From: an uncultured candidate division Zixibacteria bacterium
GTDB lineage: Bacteria; Zixibacteria; MSB-5A5; RBG-16-43-9
Assembly (NCBI GenBank): GCA_963713865.1
Contig: OY970208.1
Coordinates: 1,632,001-1,696,000 of the forward strand
Reading direction: 5' to 3'
Length of the DNA stretch: 64,000 nucleotides
The notes beneath the pieces were generated by a model, which saw only the letters and a list, made by a program, of their open reading frames with translations, made no database searches and had not been told where the DNA came from. Shown here piece by piece: positions 54,546 through 64,000 of the stretch. The number at the start of each line of letters is the position of its first letter. Positions within the stretch are counted from its first letter, which is position 1. The translations under genes and the position numbers were made by a program.

Positions 54546-55638
54546 ATGAATAAGAAAAATAGTTTCAGGATTTTGGTGATTAACCCGGGATCGACCTCTA
54601 CCAAGGTCTCAATTTTTGAAGATGAAAAGGAGCTTTTTGGAAAAGCAATCTCCCATAGCAAATTAGAACTGGAACCATTTAAAAGGGTTCTGGGATCAAT
54701 ATGAGTTCAGAAAGAAGCTGATTAAAGACTTATTGGAAGTGTATGAGATTAAGCCAGAAACTCTTTCGGCAGTAGTAGGTAGAGGTGGACTTTTCAGGCC
54801 AGTGGTTGGTGGAACTTATCTGGTAAATGAACTGATGATCGAGGATGGTAGAAATGCTTTTGGAGGAGAGCATGCGGCTAATTTAGGTGCAGTTTTAGCT
54901 TTTGGGCTTGGCTGGGATTATCATATACCCGCTTTCATTGTGGATCCACCCTCTGTGGATGAATTCGAAGAATACTCCCGCTATTCAGGTTTGCCGGAGT
55001 TTCCCAGGAAAAGTCTTTTTCACGCACTAAACGTAAAAGCCACAGCCCGATTAGCCGCAAACGATTTGAAGAAAAAGTTAGAGGAGACAAATCTGATTGT
55101 GGCTCATTTGGGAGGTGGGATTACCGCAGCGGCTTTGAGAAAGGGAAGAGCAATTGATGTTAATAATGGCTTGCATAGTGGTCCGTTTACACCGGAAAGG
55201 TCTGGAACTTTACCGATGTTTGATTTTGCGGAATGGTGTTTTTCCGGGAAAGTGATTTTAGAACAGGTGAAAAAAAGGATGGTGGGTGGTGGTGGCCTGG
55301 TGGCTTATTTAGGGACAAACGATGCTAAAGAGGTGGAAAAAAGAATTAAACAAGGGGATAAAAAGGCTGAAGCTGTCTATAATGCAATGATCTATCAGAT
55401 TGCCTGTGAAATTGGTGCCAGAACTGTAGCCCTCAAGGGTAAGGTGGATGCTATCGTTTTAACCGGAGGATTGGCTTACTCGGATATGGTGGTTGAGAAG
55501 TTGAGAGAATATGTAGGTTTTGTTGCTAAGATATTAGTCTATCCAGGACAGGATGAGATGAAGGCTTTGGCTTTAGGTGCTCTCAGGGTGTTAAGAGGGG
55601 AGGAGGAGGCAAAGACCTATCCGGAGGTGGTCAAATAA
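54546..55638 (+). CDS. buk: Butyrate/branched-chain carboxylate kinase, frameshift near 54689
   Basis: ATG 54546 ..RILVINPGSTSTK; GRGG, HAANLG, HALN, AHLGGGI, GPFTPERSG, LTGG, PGQDEM. Confidence 0.9.
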
Positions 55639-55923
55639 AAAACGTTCAAAAGCTCAAAAGTTCAAATGTTCAAAGGTAAAAAAAGAAGTGATGTTGGAAT
55701 GCTTAGGTTGGTTCGGGAATTGTCGTTCAGATTTTCTAGGGTGAGAATTCCTGAACCAGAAACGTAACGTCCGACAATCCTGTCGGACGTTATTATTTTT
55801 GTAGCGGATCCGCCTTTGGCGGACAGGTTTCCATCTTCCTTTAACAAGAGAATGGAAGGCTGAAGCCTTCCGCTACACAAATCGGACTTGTCTGCTCATT
55901 ACACTCATACAAGAATGTCTGAG

Positions 55924-56784
55924 CTACTTCAGAGGTTTTGCGTTATCAGGAATCTTGAACTGGAATTTATTTTCCGAAATAGATGAATTTATCTGAATTT
56001 CCAAAAATTTAAGCCTGAGCTTCTCTTTTCCATCTAATGATTTTATCTCTATTGTCTGAGGGAGTTTTATCCCGTTGAATTTCCTAAAATCTTTATATTC
56101 TATCACAAATCCCTGAGCTTTTTCTTGTGCTGCTTCTAAAATATTCAACCTCTCCCAGATACTCTTTCTTAAAAGTGCCTCTTTTCTATCCAGCCAGAAT
56201 TTTCTTTTCCACATTTGAATGCTATCTTCATAGATGTAATTTTTCTGGTCAGCTCCGGTATAATAAGCCCTATCTTCTTTTATCTGGATTTCAACTGTAA
56301 GAATTTTTAAAAGACAGAAAAGGCTGATTTCACTCTCATAAATAGAATCACAAGAGCAGTTTTGAGTGATACCGTTATAATATTTTTTTAGACGGGGGAA
56401 ATAAAGAAGTAAGGTATCGCTATAAGCTACTCCAGACATGTAATCGGGCCCTAAAAACGCTTTTACTCTGAAAGCAAGACTATCCGGTTTTTTTAAAAAT
56501 AGTTCTAAGTCTCCGGAGAAATTTCCCTGTTTAGATTTGTAGTTGAAGTTTATAAGCGAAGAAGTGGTTTTGATCTGGCTTTGATTTGAGATCGCTTTTT
56601 CTAATACTTTTTGCGGAGTAAGCTCCTCTGGAGGAGGTTTCAGGCGAGCTGCTGGATAACAGCTGAAAAAAAAGAGAATTAGATAAGAAAAGAGAAGAAG
56701 CATTTTCAATTCTAGCTTTGTTATTCTGGGTATAATACTCAAAAGGTATTGCTTTTTTAGCTTGAATTGAAATATAGATTCCAT
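55924..56784 (-). CDS. Putative lipoprotein with LolA/LolB-like fold (start may be 56703)
   Basis: FFFSC lipobox-like motif; YKDFR..LPQTI..ISENKFQFKIP tail. Confidence 0.55.
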   Translation of the reverse strand: MESIFQFKLKKQYLLSIIPRITKLELKMLLLFSYLILFFFSCYPAARLKPPPEELTPQKVLEKAISNQSQIKTTSSLINFNYKSKQGNFSGDLELFLKKPDSLAFRVKAFLGPDYMSGVAYSDTLLLYFPRLKKYYNGITQNCSCDSIYESEISLFCLLKILTVEIQIKEDRAYYTGADQKNYIYEDSIQMWKRKFWLDRKEALLRKSIWERLNILEAAQEKAQGFVIEYKDFRKFNGIKLPQTIEIKSLDGKEKLRLKFLEIQINSSISENKFQFKIPDNAKPLK

Positions 56785-57004
56785 ATAAAGTCAGTCAGTA
56801 GGTCGGGCTGTTCAGCTTTTGACGGAACTGCCCGACATAATCTTATAATCAGTGTCGGGTAGCTTTGCAACCCGACCTACTAAAGCTGTCATTCTGAAGG
56901 AGTCCCCTACGGGACGACTGAAGAATCTCGAGATTCTTCGTCCGCCTGTGGCAAGACTCAGAATTTCAGTAGAGGATGTTGAAATCTTAAAACCTGAATC
57001 TTTT

Positions 57005-57667
57005 TCATACATAGATAAGCCGGATAAACTCCGGACCTGCGAAGAGTGTTCCAAAAAAGAGGATAAATGGTTTGAAAATAGACCAGAGTATTCCAAGATT
57101 TAAAAAATAATCTAAAAGGATCACACCCAATAAAATATAAGGTGCATATTTTTGAATCTGACTTATCTGGATATAATATTTAGGAGGTAAAAGGCCACTT
57201 AAGATATGGGAACCATCTAAAGGATTTACCGGGATAAGATTGAAGACTGCTAAAACCAGGTTCAATTGTATTCCCTTAACCAGCATTATCAGGAAAAGTT
57301 GCTGGGTAGAAGGTTCTGAGCTAAGAGTGTAGGGTGTGATAAGTAACCTGAAGATAAGTCCGAGAATTAAAGCTAAAAGCATATTTGAGCCAGGTCCAGC
57401 CAAGGAGACCCAGAGTTCATCTTTATGAGGATTTTTAAAATTGAAAGGATTTACCGGAACTGGCTTTGCCCAGCCGAAACCATAGAAATAGAGAAGCACC
57501 AGCCCGACTATATCGATATGGGAGAGTGGATTTAAGGTGAGCCTTCCAGCTTGTTTGGCAGTGGGATCGCCTTTGCGGTATGCCATCCAGGCATGGGAAT
57601 ATTCGTGCACGGTTATAGCGAAAAGAAGAGGGGGGGTTATTATCAGATAATATACAAGTCGATCCAT
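57005..57667 (-). CDS. Site-2 protease family (M50) peptidase
   Basis: HEYSH, GRLTLNPL, GWAKPVP, AGPGSN, FNLIPVNPLDG. Confidence 0.92.
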   Translation of the reverse strand: MDRLVYYLIITPPLLFAITVHEYSHAWMAYRKGDPTAKQAGRLTLNPLSHIDIVGLVLLYFYGFGWAKPVPVNPFNFKNPHKDELWVSLAGPGSNMLLALILGLIFRLLITPYTLSSEPSTQQLFLIMLVKGIQLNLVLAVFNLIPVNPLDGSHILSGLLPPKYYIQISQIQKYAPYILLGVILLDYFLNLGILWSIFKPFILFFGTLFAGPEFIRLIYV

Positions 57668-57668
57668 T

Positions 57669-58247
57669 TTATTTCCTCGAAACAAAGCCACTTTCTTTTA
57701 TATAAAAACGCCACTTTTTCTCTTTTCCTTTATCTACCCCAACCCGGTTAGTAGAAACGATTTTTCCTGTAGATTCACCTCTATCTTCTACATAGATGAC
57801 CTCAGAGCAGAGGTCAGCCCCGCATAAGGCTCTATCTATTCCCATAGCCAGACATAACTTTCCTGGACCGTTGGTTAGTTCTTCCATTATTTCTGTTTTC
57901 CTTCTTTGTTTCATCGTATCGATTCCTTGCTCCGGCTCTAAGGCCCGAATTAAAACTGCGGCTGGGTATCCATTTCTTTCGGTTACGAAATTCAGACAAT
58001 GGTACATTCCGTATGTAAAATATACGTAGGCATAGCCAGGTGCACCAAACATTATCTTATTTCTCTCAGACATTCCTCTGTGAGCATGAGAGGCAGGGTC
58101 GTTCAGGCCGATATAAGCTTCGGTCTCCACAATCTTTCCGGAAAGCTTTTCTCCATTCTTATGCACAACTAAATATTTACCTAATAACTCTTTTGCCACC
58201 TTTAAAGTTGAGCGATTGTAAAACTTTCTCTGTAGTATTTTTCTCAT
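57669..58247 (-). CDS. mpg: DNA-3-methyladenine glycosylase (AAG/MPG family)
   Basis: IVETEAY..DPASH, YVYFTYGMY, AVLIRALEP, NGPGKL. Confidence 0.92.
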   Translation of the reverse strand: MRKILQRKFYNRSTLKVAKELLGKYLVVHKNGEKLSGKIVETEAYIGLNDPASHAHRGMSERNKIMFGAPGYAYVYFTYGMYHCLNFVTERNGYPAAVLIRALEPEQGIDTMKQRRKTEIMEELTNGPGKLCLAMGIDRALCGADLCSEVIYVEDRGESTGKIVSTNRVGVDKGKEKKWRFYIKESGFVSRK

Positions 58248-58278
58248 AATTTGTTAAATTAGTTCGGGTCACCAGGAT

Positions 58279-59238
58279 TCAGCTGTAGGCAGAATAATCC
58301 AATCTCCGAACCAACGAAGATACAGCTTTAAGCTCATCTAAGGTTTCTTTTATCTTTCTTTTAACAAAGGGATGACTTTCTGTTTTAGATAAATCGATAA
58401 TTGCCTTTATTCCATTTTTATCTCCTATCTTTCCTAAAGCTTCTACTGCAAAACCTCGTTCAGCCCAATCCTCTGATCTTAATTTTTCTAAAAGATATGG
58501 AACCGCACGAGGGTCTTTAAGTTTTCCTAAGGACTCGATAGCTAGATACCTGGTATTATCGACTGAGTCGTTCAAAACTTTCAAAAGAGGGTCAACTGCT
58601 TTTTGTCCCAGTTTAACCAGAGAGATTGAAGCGGTCATCCTCACGCTGAAATGTTTATCTTTTAAAGCTTTCATCAGAAAATCTATTGCTACCGGATTAT
58701 TCAAATCCCCCAATGAAACTGCGGCACTTTTTCTTACTACTTCCACTGAATCGCTTAACAAAAAGCTTATATTATTTAAAATCGTGGTATCTCCTATTTT
58801 ACCCAGAGAGGAGCAAGCATTCGCACGGATGTTGAAATCGGGGTTATCCAGTAAATCTGAAAGTGGTTGAACTGCTCTTTTATCTTTTATATCTCCTAAT
58901 ATCCGGGAGGCAGTTTTGATTTTATCTTTGTTTTCACTTTTCAGACAATCGATCAGAGGGAGGACTGCCGGCTCTCTAATTTTACCTAAAATATCAACCA
59001 AGGCTAAAATCTCCCTGGCATCCTGAGTTTCTAATTTATCAACTAGAAAAGGAACTGCATCTTTTCCCATCTCTATTAAAGCTTTTTTAGATGGTTCTAC
59101 CAAATCCCGGTATTTTTCTTCAGCCGAGGAGGCTTTGATGAAAAGTTCATCAACCTGCGATTTTAAGTCTGAAGAAAAAGACAAAGAAAAAAGATTAACA
59201 AAAATCATTGAAATTAAATATAAGAAAAAAGAACGCAT
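58279..59238 (-). CDS. Secreted HEAT/PBS-lyase repeat protein
   Basis: Signal-like N-terminus; repeated VR..AA..LG.I.D..AV..L units. Confidence 0.85.
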   Translation of the reverse strand: MRSFFLYLISMIFVNLFSLSFSSDLKSQVDELFIKASSAEEKYRDLVEPSKKALIEMGKDAVPFLVDKLETQDAREILALVDILGKIREPAVLPLIDCLKSENKDKIKTASRILGDIKDKRAVQPLSDLLDNPDFNIRANACSSLGKIGDTTILNNISFLLSDSVEVVRKSAAVSLGDLNNPVAIDFLMKALKDKHFSVRMTASISLVKLGQKAVDPLLKVLNDSVDNTRYLAIESLGKLKDPRAVPYLLEKLRSEDWAERGFAVEALGKIGDKNGIKAIIDLSKTESHPFVKRKIKETLDELKAVSSLVRRLDYSAYS

Positions 59239-59273
59239 AGATAATTTCTCTTATTTATAAATTCTAACGCTAT

Positions 59274-60170
59274 TCAACTTACCACCGCACCTAAGGCTAT
59301 GGACAAAAGTTTAATCTCAGCTGAATCCGAGCGGGAGAGTAAGACGATGGGAGCACCACCTCCAACTACTATACCTCCCACTTTAGCTCCGGCCAAATAG
59401 ATTAATCCTTTAACCAGGATATTGCAGGAAGAAATGTTTGGACAGAGGAAGATGTCTGTCTCCCCTGAGACAGGTGAGATAATCCCTTTGATCTGTGCGG
59501 ATTTGGAATCGATAGCTACATCAAAGGCTATGGGACCATCCACTATCACGTCTTTTATCTCACCTCTTTCAGCCATCTTTGAAATTATAGAGGCATCGAT
59601 GGTCTCCGGCATATCCGGATTTACCAATTCCACTGCAGCCAAACAGGCAGTTTTGGGTTTCTCTATTTCCAACTTTTTTGCAACCTCAATTGCGTTTTTC
59701 AAGATATCGATTTTTTTCATAACATCAGGCGCGATATTCATCCCGCCATCAGTTATAAGCATAAGCTTGGGATATTTTTCTACTTCCATCACTGCTACAT
59801 GGCTTAACAGTTTTCCACTTTTAAGTCCTTTTTCCTTATCCAGCACTGCTTTTAAAAGAGTAGGGGTATCTACTTTCCCTTTCATCAGCATATCAGCTTT
59901 CTTCTGTTTAACCAGCTCAACCGCTAAGGAAGCTATTTTCTGAGGCTCTTTCTCTCCTAAAATCTCTAATCGACTTAAATCAAAGTTTAATTTTTTACAT
60001 AAACTCTCGATTTTATCCGGATCGCCAATCAGAATCGGAGAAATAATCTTTTCTTCAGTAGCAATCTTAACTGCTTCTATTATCTCCTCGCCCTCTGCAC
60101 CGGCAATTGCCAGGTATTTTTTCTCTTTGTTTTTGACTGATTCGAGAAGCCCTTTAAAACTCTTTATCAT
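59274..60170 (-). CDS. ptb: Phosphate butyryl/acyltransferase
   Basis: LMKG, LLSHVAV, TDGGMNIAP, DGPIAFD, LLSRSDS. Confidence 0.88.
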   Translation of the reverse strand: MIKSFKGLLESVKNKEKKYLAIAGAEGEEIIEAVKIATEEKIISPILIGDPDKIESLCKKLNFDLSRLEILGEKEPQKIASLAVELVKQKKADMLMKGKVDTPTLLKAVLDKEKGLKSGKLLSHVAVMEVEKYPKLMLITDGGMNIAPDVMKKIDILKNAIEVAKKLEIEKPKTACLAAVELVNPDMPETIDASIISKMAERGEIKDVIVDGPIAFDVAIDSKSAQIKGIISPVSGETDIFLCPNISSCNILVKGLIYLAGAKVGGIVVGGGAPIVLLSRSDSAEIKLLSIALGAVVS

Positions 60171-60208
60171 CTTTACCCTCTGGAAAAGTCTAACTTCTGT
60201 CTTCCAAT

Positions 60209-61132
60209 TTATTTCACGTAAGTAAGCCAGCCGTATTTATCTTCAGCCTCACATGACACTATCTGGAAAAACCTCTCCTGTAATTTTGCAGTTATAGGAC
60301 CTCGTTTTCCTGAACCAATGATTACCTTGTCGATTGAGCTTATCGGGGTAATCTCTGCGGCACTGCCTGTAAAGAAAACCTCATCTGCGATATAAAGCGC
60401 TTCACGGGGGATGTTTTCCTCGATCACCTTTATTTTTAACTCCTGGGCTAAATAAAGCACCGTATTACGAATAATTCCAGGTAGAATTGAGGAACCAAAG
60501 GATGGGGTGATTAAAGCGCCATCCCTGACTATGAATATATTCTCACCGCTTCCCTCGCTTACATATCCATAAACATCCAGGGCAATTCCTTCGACATATC
60601 CATGTTCTTTGGCTTCTAATTTTATCAACTGGGAGTTCATATAGTTGGCTCCGCTTTTTGCCATGGCTGGAAATGTGTTAGGTGCCATCCTGTTCCAGGA
60701 GGAGACACAAACCGGAACGCCATTCTCCAGAGCATCTTTGCCCAGATACTTTCCCCATTTCCAGACTGCAATGGAGACATCGATGGGACAGCCGGTTGGA
60801 TCAACTCCTAATTGTTCGTATCCGCGGTAAGCCACTGGTCGAATATAACATTCGTCTAATTTATTGACTTTAATAAGATCAATTATTGCCTGATTTATCT
60901 CCTCTTTAGTAAAGGGGATTTTCATCCGGTAGATCTTGGCAGAATTAAAAAGCCTGTCAGTATGTTCTTTCAACCGGAAAATAGCTGGACCTTTTTTGGA
61001 TTTATAACATCTGGCCCCCTCAAAAACACTGGAGCCATAATGCACCACATGGGAAAGGACGTGAATCTTGGCATCATCCCAGTTTACAATCTTTCCATTC
61101 ATCCATATTTTTTCGACTTTTTCAAACGGCAT
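60209..61132 (-). CDS. ilvE: Branched-chain amino acid aminotransferase
   Basis: [45 protein letters not shown]. Confidence 0.95.
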   Translation of the reverse strand: MPFEKVEKIWMNGKIVNWDDAKIHVLSHVVHYGSSVFEGARCYKSKKGPAIFRLKEHTDRLFNSAKIYRMKIPFTKEEINQAIIDLIKVNKLDECYIRPVAYRGYEQLGVDPTGCPIDVSIAVWKWGKYLGKDALENGVPVCVSSWNRMAPNTFPAMAKSGANYMNSQLIKLEAKEHGYVEGIALDVYGYVSEGSGENIFIVRDGALITPSFGSSILPGIIRNTVLYLAQELKIKVIEENIPREALYIADEVFFTGSAAEITPISSIDKVIIGSGKRGPITAKLQERFFQIVSCEAEDKYGWLTYVK

Positions 61133-61150
61133 ACAATCCTCCTTTTTTTC

Positions 61151-61185
61151 GTTAGGTCATAGGTAATAGGTTATAGGTCATAGGT
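61151..61185. repeat. Heptamer array (NNTAGGT)x5
   Basis: GTTAGGT CATAGGT AATAGGT TATAGGT CATAGGT. Confidence 0.85.
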
Positions 61186-61279
61186 TTTTAATACCTCAAA
61201 AATATTTTTCCAGTTTAATTTAACAAAATTAATGATTCGCTTTCTATTTTCATATTTGTAAAACATATTTAATCCTTTA

Positions 61280-61474
61280 TTATTTTTTAGATTCCCAATA
61301 AATTATGATAACTGCCACATTACGATATTTGCCCGGTCTTACTGCGTAAATAAATTGAACTATAGATTTATCCTTATTAGAATCCAGCCACTTATTAAGT
61401 GCTTTATTAACTGTCAGAGAAAACATTTTATCTTCAACTGGCTCTAACTCCACCGTATCAAATCCCCTATCCAT
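61280..61474 (-). CDS. Small hypothetical ORF, possibly a gene remnant
   Basis: 64-aa ORF; the strong upstream RBS (GAGGAGG near 61556-61562) leads to ATG-TAG, suggesting decay. Confidence 0.3.
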   Translation of the reverse strand: MDRGFDTVELEPVEDKMFSLTVNKALNKWLDSNKDKSIVQFIYAVRPGKYRNVAVIIIYWESKK

Positions 61475-61573
61475 AGATCTACTTTTAAAAAAGGTTTAAA
61501 GTTAACTGTTCCGTGAAAATTTTCTTTATAAAAAGTTTAGACTACATTTTAAAAAACCTCCTCACACTCTGGA

Positions 61574-61963
61574 TTAACGGTGGAACAGTACTTTCTGTCT
61601 TTCTAAAGACCTTTCTAATCCCTTTAACATCCTTCCACATTCATCATACCGTGCAATATAATCAGTGTAGAGTTCCTTAGTGAGATAATTTTTTTTAAAA
61701 GCTATAGTTAGATGATGTGCAGTTTCTCTTAATTCTCCTAAGGCTCTATTTATGCCTTCTAAATAAAGATTTATATGTTTATTATTCCAGCCCTCAGCCA
61801 GATTAGCTGGAATCGAATTAGAAGACCTTCTTAACTGCGAACCTAACTCATGCAACTCGAATTTAGGGAAAGCTAATGTCAATTTATGAATATCCAAATG
61901 CAGCTTACAGAGCTTCTGATAAACTTCTAAATCCTCAAAACTTTTAATCCTTTCCTTTTCCAT
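61574..61963 (-). CDS. Four-helix bundle protein (23S rRNA intervening sequence protein family)
   Basis: SFEDLEVYQ, FPKFE..LGSQLRRSSNSIPANLAEG, ALGELRET. Confidence 0.9.
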   Translation of the reverse strand: MEKERIKSFEDLEVYQKLCKLHLDIHKLTLAFPKFELHELGSQLRRSSNSIPANLAEGWNNKHINLYLEGINRALGELRETAHHLTIAFKKNYLTKELYTDYIARYDECGRMLKGLERSLERQKVLFHR

Positions 61964-61997
61964 CCTACTACCTACCACCTATTACCTATCACCTACT
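61963..61997. repeat. Heptamer array (ACCTANN)x5, inverted relative to 61151-61185
   Basis: TCCTACT ACCTACC ACCTATT ACCTATC ACCTACT. Confidence 0.85.
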
Positions 61998-62888
61998 ACT
62001 TGCCACCCCCAAGGCAATCGACATAAACTTGGTCTCGTGTGAATCAGCCCTTGAAGTTAAAACCACTGGTACTTTTGTGCCTAAGACGACAGCGGCGCAT
62101 TTGGCTTTGGCGAATTCAACTAAAGTTTTGTATATGACATTCCCAGTTTCTATATCCGGACAGAGGAGGATATCTGCTTTTCCTGCAACAGGGCTTTTCA
62201 CCCCTTTTATTTTGGCTGACTCTTCGGAGATGACATTATCTAAGCCAAAAGGACCATCTACTATTGCTCCTTTGATCTGTCCCCTTTTTGCCATCATTGA
62301 CAGACAGGCGGCATCTACAGTTGCTGGCATCTTTTCTGGATTGACCTTTTCCGTTGCCGCAATACAGGCAACTTTGGGTTTTTCAATTCCTAAAGATATT
62401 GCTAAATCAACAGCATTCTGTATTATCTGAGCTTTTTCCATAAGGGTGGGGGCGATATTTATGGCCGCATCAGTTAGGATTAAAAGTCGAGGAAAATCCG
62501 GTATCTCGAAAACCGCTACATGGGTTAGAAGTTTTCCAATGGCTAACCCTTTTTCTTTATCTAAGATCCCCTTCATAAAAATACCGGTATCTAAAAGCCC
62601 TTTCATCATCAAATCTGCTTTTCCTTGATTAATTAATTGGGCACATAAAAGTGAAGCTTTCAATGAACCTTTTTCCTCAACTAATTCATACTCTGAGAGG
62701 TCTATCTTATTTTTATCAGCCAGTTCTTTTATCTTCTCCTCGGAACCAACTAAAATACATTGAATAACTTTTTCTCTGCGAGCCTGGTCTAAAGCTAAGA
62801 GTACTTCTTCATCCTCGGCCTTAGCCACAGCGATTATTTTAGGTCCGATTGATTTAGCTAAACTTAATATCTCCCTTAGTTCCTTCAC
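61989..62888 (-). CDS. ptb: Phosphate butyryl/acyltransferase, second paralog
   Basis: MMKG, LLTHVAV, TDAAINIAP, DGPFGLDN, LTSRADS. Confidence 0.88.
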   Translation of the reverse strand: MKELREILSLAKSIGPKIIAVAKAEDEEVLLALDQARREKVIQCILVGSEEKIKELADKNKIDLSEYELVEEKGSLKASLLCAQLINQGKADLMMKGLLDTGIFMKGILDKEKGLAIGKLLTHVAVFEIPDFPRLLILTDAAINIAPTLMEKAQIIQNAVDLAISLGIEKPKVACIAATEKVNPEKMPATVDAACLSMMAKRGQIKGAIVDGPFGLDNVISEESAKIKGVKSPVAGKADILLCPDIETGNVIYKTLVEFAKAKCAAVVLGTKVPVVLTSRADSHETKFMSIALGVASSR

Positions 62889-63205
62889 AAAAATTCCTTT
62901 GACAAAAAATCTCGGTATAATATATTGATTAAGAAGATATTTATCAACAGAAAAAGATGAAACGTAGTAGGGTTAACCAGATGATATAATATAATGTCGG
63001 GGACAAGTCCTGACGATACGAAAAATATTACCTCTCCTTTTCAAGAAAGGGCAGGGGAAAGGCTAAAAAATATCTTGCTAAAAATAATTTATATGCTATA
63101 CTTATAAATGGAGAAGTAAGTTAGATACATGAAATTATTCCGCCTGATCAGGGAATCTGACCGGTAGATAGATAGAGGAATAATATCAACGGGAAGGAGG
63201 TTTTT

Positions 63206-63586
63206 ATGTCCTTCTGTCCTTTCTGCGGAGAAGAAATAACTGAAGAGAAAACTTTTTGTCAGCGCTGTGGTTACTCGAACAGTTTAGCCCTTCCCTATCC
63301 TTCAACTAAGATTAGCTTTTCTAATATATTATTAGCTTCCGTGGGATTGATTTCAGGAATAGGCTCATGTATTTTTTCTTTGCTCCCATATTATAATTAT
63401 TTAGGATTTATTCTGGTCATATCCACGGTTGTCTTTTCGGGTATTTCTCTGGAGAAGCTAACTAAGAAATTTGATTCCGTTCCGATTAAAGTTCTTTCAG
63501 TAATTGCTCTGGTTTTTGCTGCGGCTGGTTATCTTCTTTTTATTTTCTATAACTCCCGTATGCCCGGTAGTGGTAGCCACGCATGA
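63206..63586 (+). CDS. Zinc-ribbon membrane protein
   Basis: FCPFCG..FCQRCG followed by three TM helices; AGGAGG RBS. Confidence 0.7.
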   Translation: MSFCPFCGEEITEEKTFCQRCGYSNSLALPYPSTKISFSNILLASVGLISGIGSCIFSLLPYYNYLGFILVISTVVFSGISLEKLTKKFDSVPIKVLSVIALVFAAAGYLLFIFYNSRMPGSGSHA

Positions 63587-63590
63587 TTTT

Positions 63591-63648
63591 GTAGCGTCGG
63601 GTTTTATGTCCGACGTGAAAAAACATCAGGGACAGGTCCTGACGCTAC
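63591..63648. repeat. Convergent pair of GTAGCGTC REP units (BIME-like)
   Basis: GTAGCGTCGGG..CCGACG and TCAGG..CCTGACGCTAC between convergent genes. Confidence 0.75.
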
Positions 63649-63673
63649 GAAATAAGGGAACGTCCTACAAGTT

Positions 63674-64000
63674 TTAGTACTCTTTTTCTTTCTCTTCTTC
63701 TGTCAATGCCCTTAAGGCTCCTAAGGTTAAAGCCTCCATCTCATCCTCACCTGGGAAAACCAGAACTTTGGAGAGGAAATCGACCCTCTGTTTAATCATA
63801 TTAATCAATCTTTCCGAATTGGCTATCCCTCCGGTGAGAACAATCGCATCTACTTTACCAGATAGAGTGGGTGCCATTGCCCCGATCTCTTTGGCGATCT
63901 GATAGACCATTGCCTCATAGATCAGTTTTGCTTTTTGATCTCCAGAGTCGATCATTTTTTCAATTTCTTCCACATTGTCTGTATCCAGATAAGCTAAAAG
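63674..64000 (-). CDS. buk: Butyrate kinase, second paralog (3' part only)
   Basis: AMVYQIAKEIG, DAIVLTGGIA, FPGEDEMEAL; frame continues past the window end. Confidence 0.88.
   Translation of the reverse strand, partial: LLAYLDTDNVEEIEKMIDSGDQKAKLIYEAMVYQIAKEIGAMAPTLSGKVDAIVLTGGIANSERLINMIKQRVDFLSKVLVFPGEDEMEALTLGALRALTEEEKEKEY

Noticed and set aside
61475-61562. ATG-TAG after a strong RBS as stop-codon readthrough
   Set aside because: Further stops follow and the frame does not join ORF 61280-61474; more consistent with a decayed gene

Overview
A gene-dense, low-GC bacterial chromosomal segment. Two secreted proteins with NYPNPFNP-type C-terminal domains and the overall gene content suggest an FCB-group-like lineage such as Zixibacteria (inference only). 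Contents in order: tatA; a fetAB-nth-cupin-bshC-bshA-bshB1 operon (bacillithiol); a complete selenocysteine locus selC-selD-selA-selB, where SelD is itself a selenoprotein (in-frame UGA plus SECIS); a QueG-like Fe-S protein; a secreted HExxH peptidase; nfeD-SPFH; pilT-pilC-pilS; mtaB-prmA-rsmE; an IPTL-CTERM/exosortase H sorting module; rpsU-yqeY-cvpA-mutS2-dnaG; two tRNAs; guaB; rnpB; recJ; and a ~24 kb branched-chain amino acid/acyl-CoA region (meaB, two B12 mutase large subunits, acyl-CoA carboxylase, epimerase, LeuDH-like, ilvE, 2 ptb, 2 buk). Most notable observations: (1) an Lnt-N-like membrane protein ending in RGPP, followed by an anti-SD, directly upstream of the IPTL-CTERM/exosortase genes, a candidate ribosome-arrest regulatory system; (2) a four-helix-bundle gene cassette bracketed by inverted heptamer arrays, with empty and half copies across the window; (3) REP-like palindromes nested inside each other and inserted in frame in proteins; (4) six frameshifts that fall on only two sequence motifs. 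All calls come from reading motifs by eye; no searches were run.
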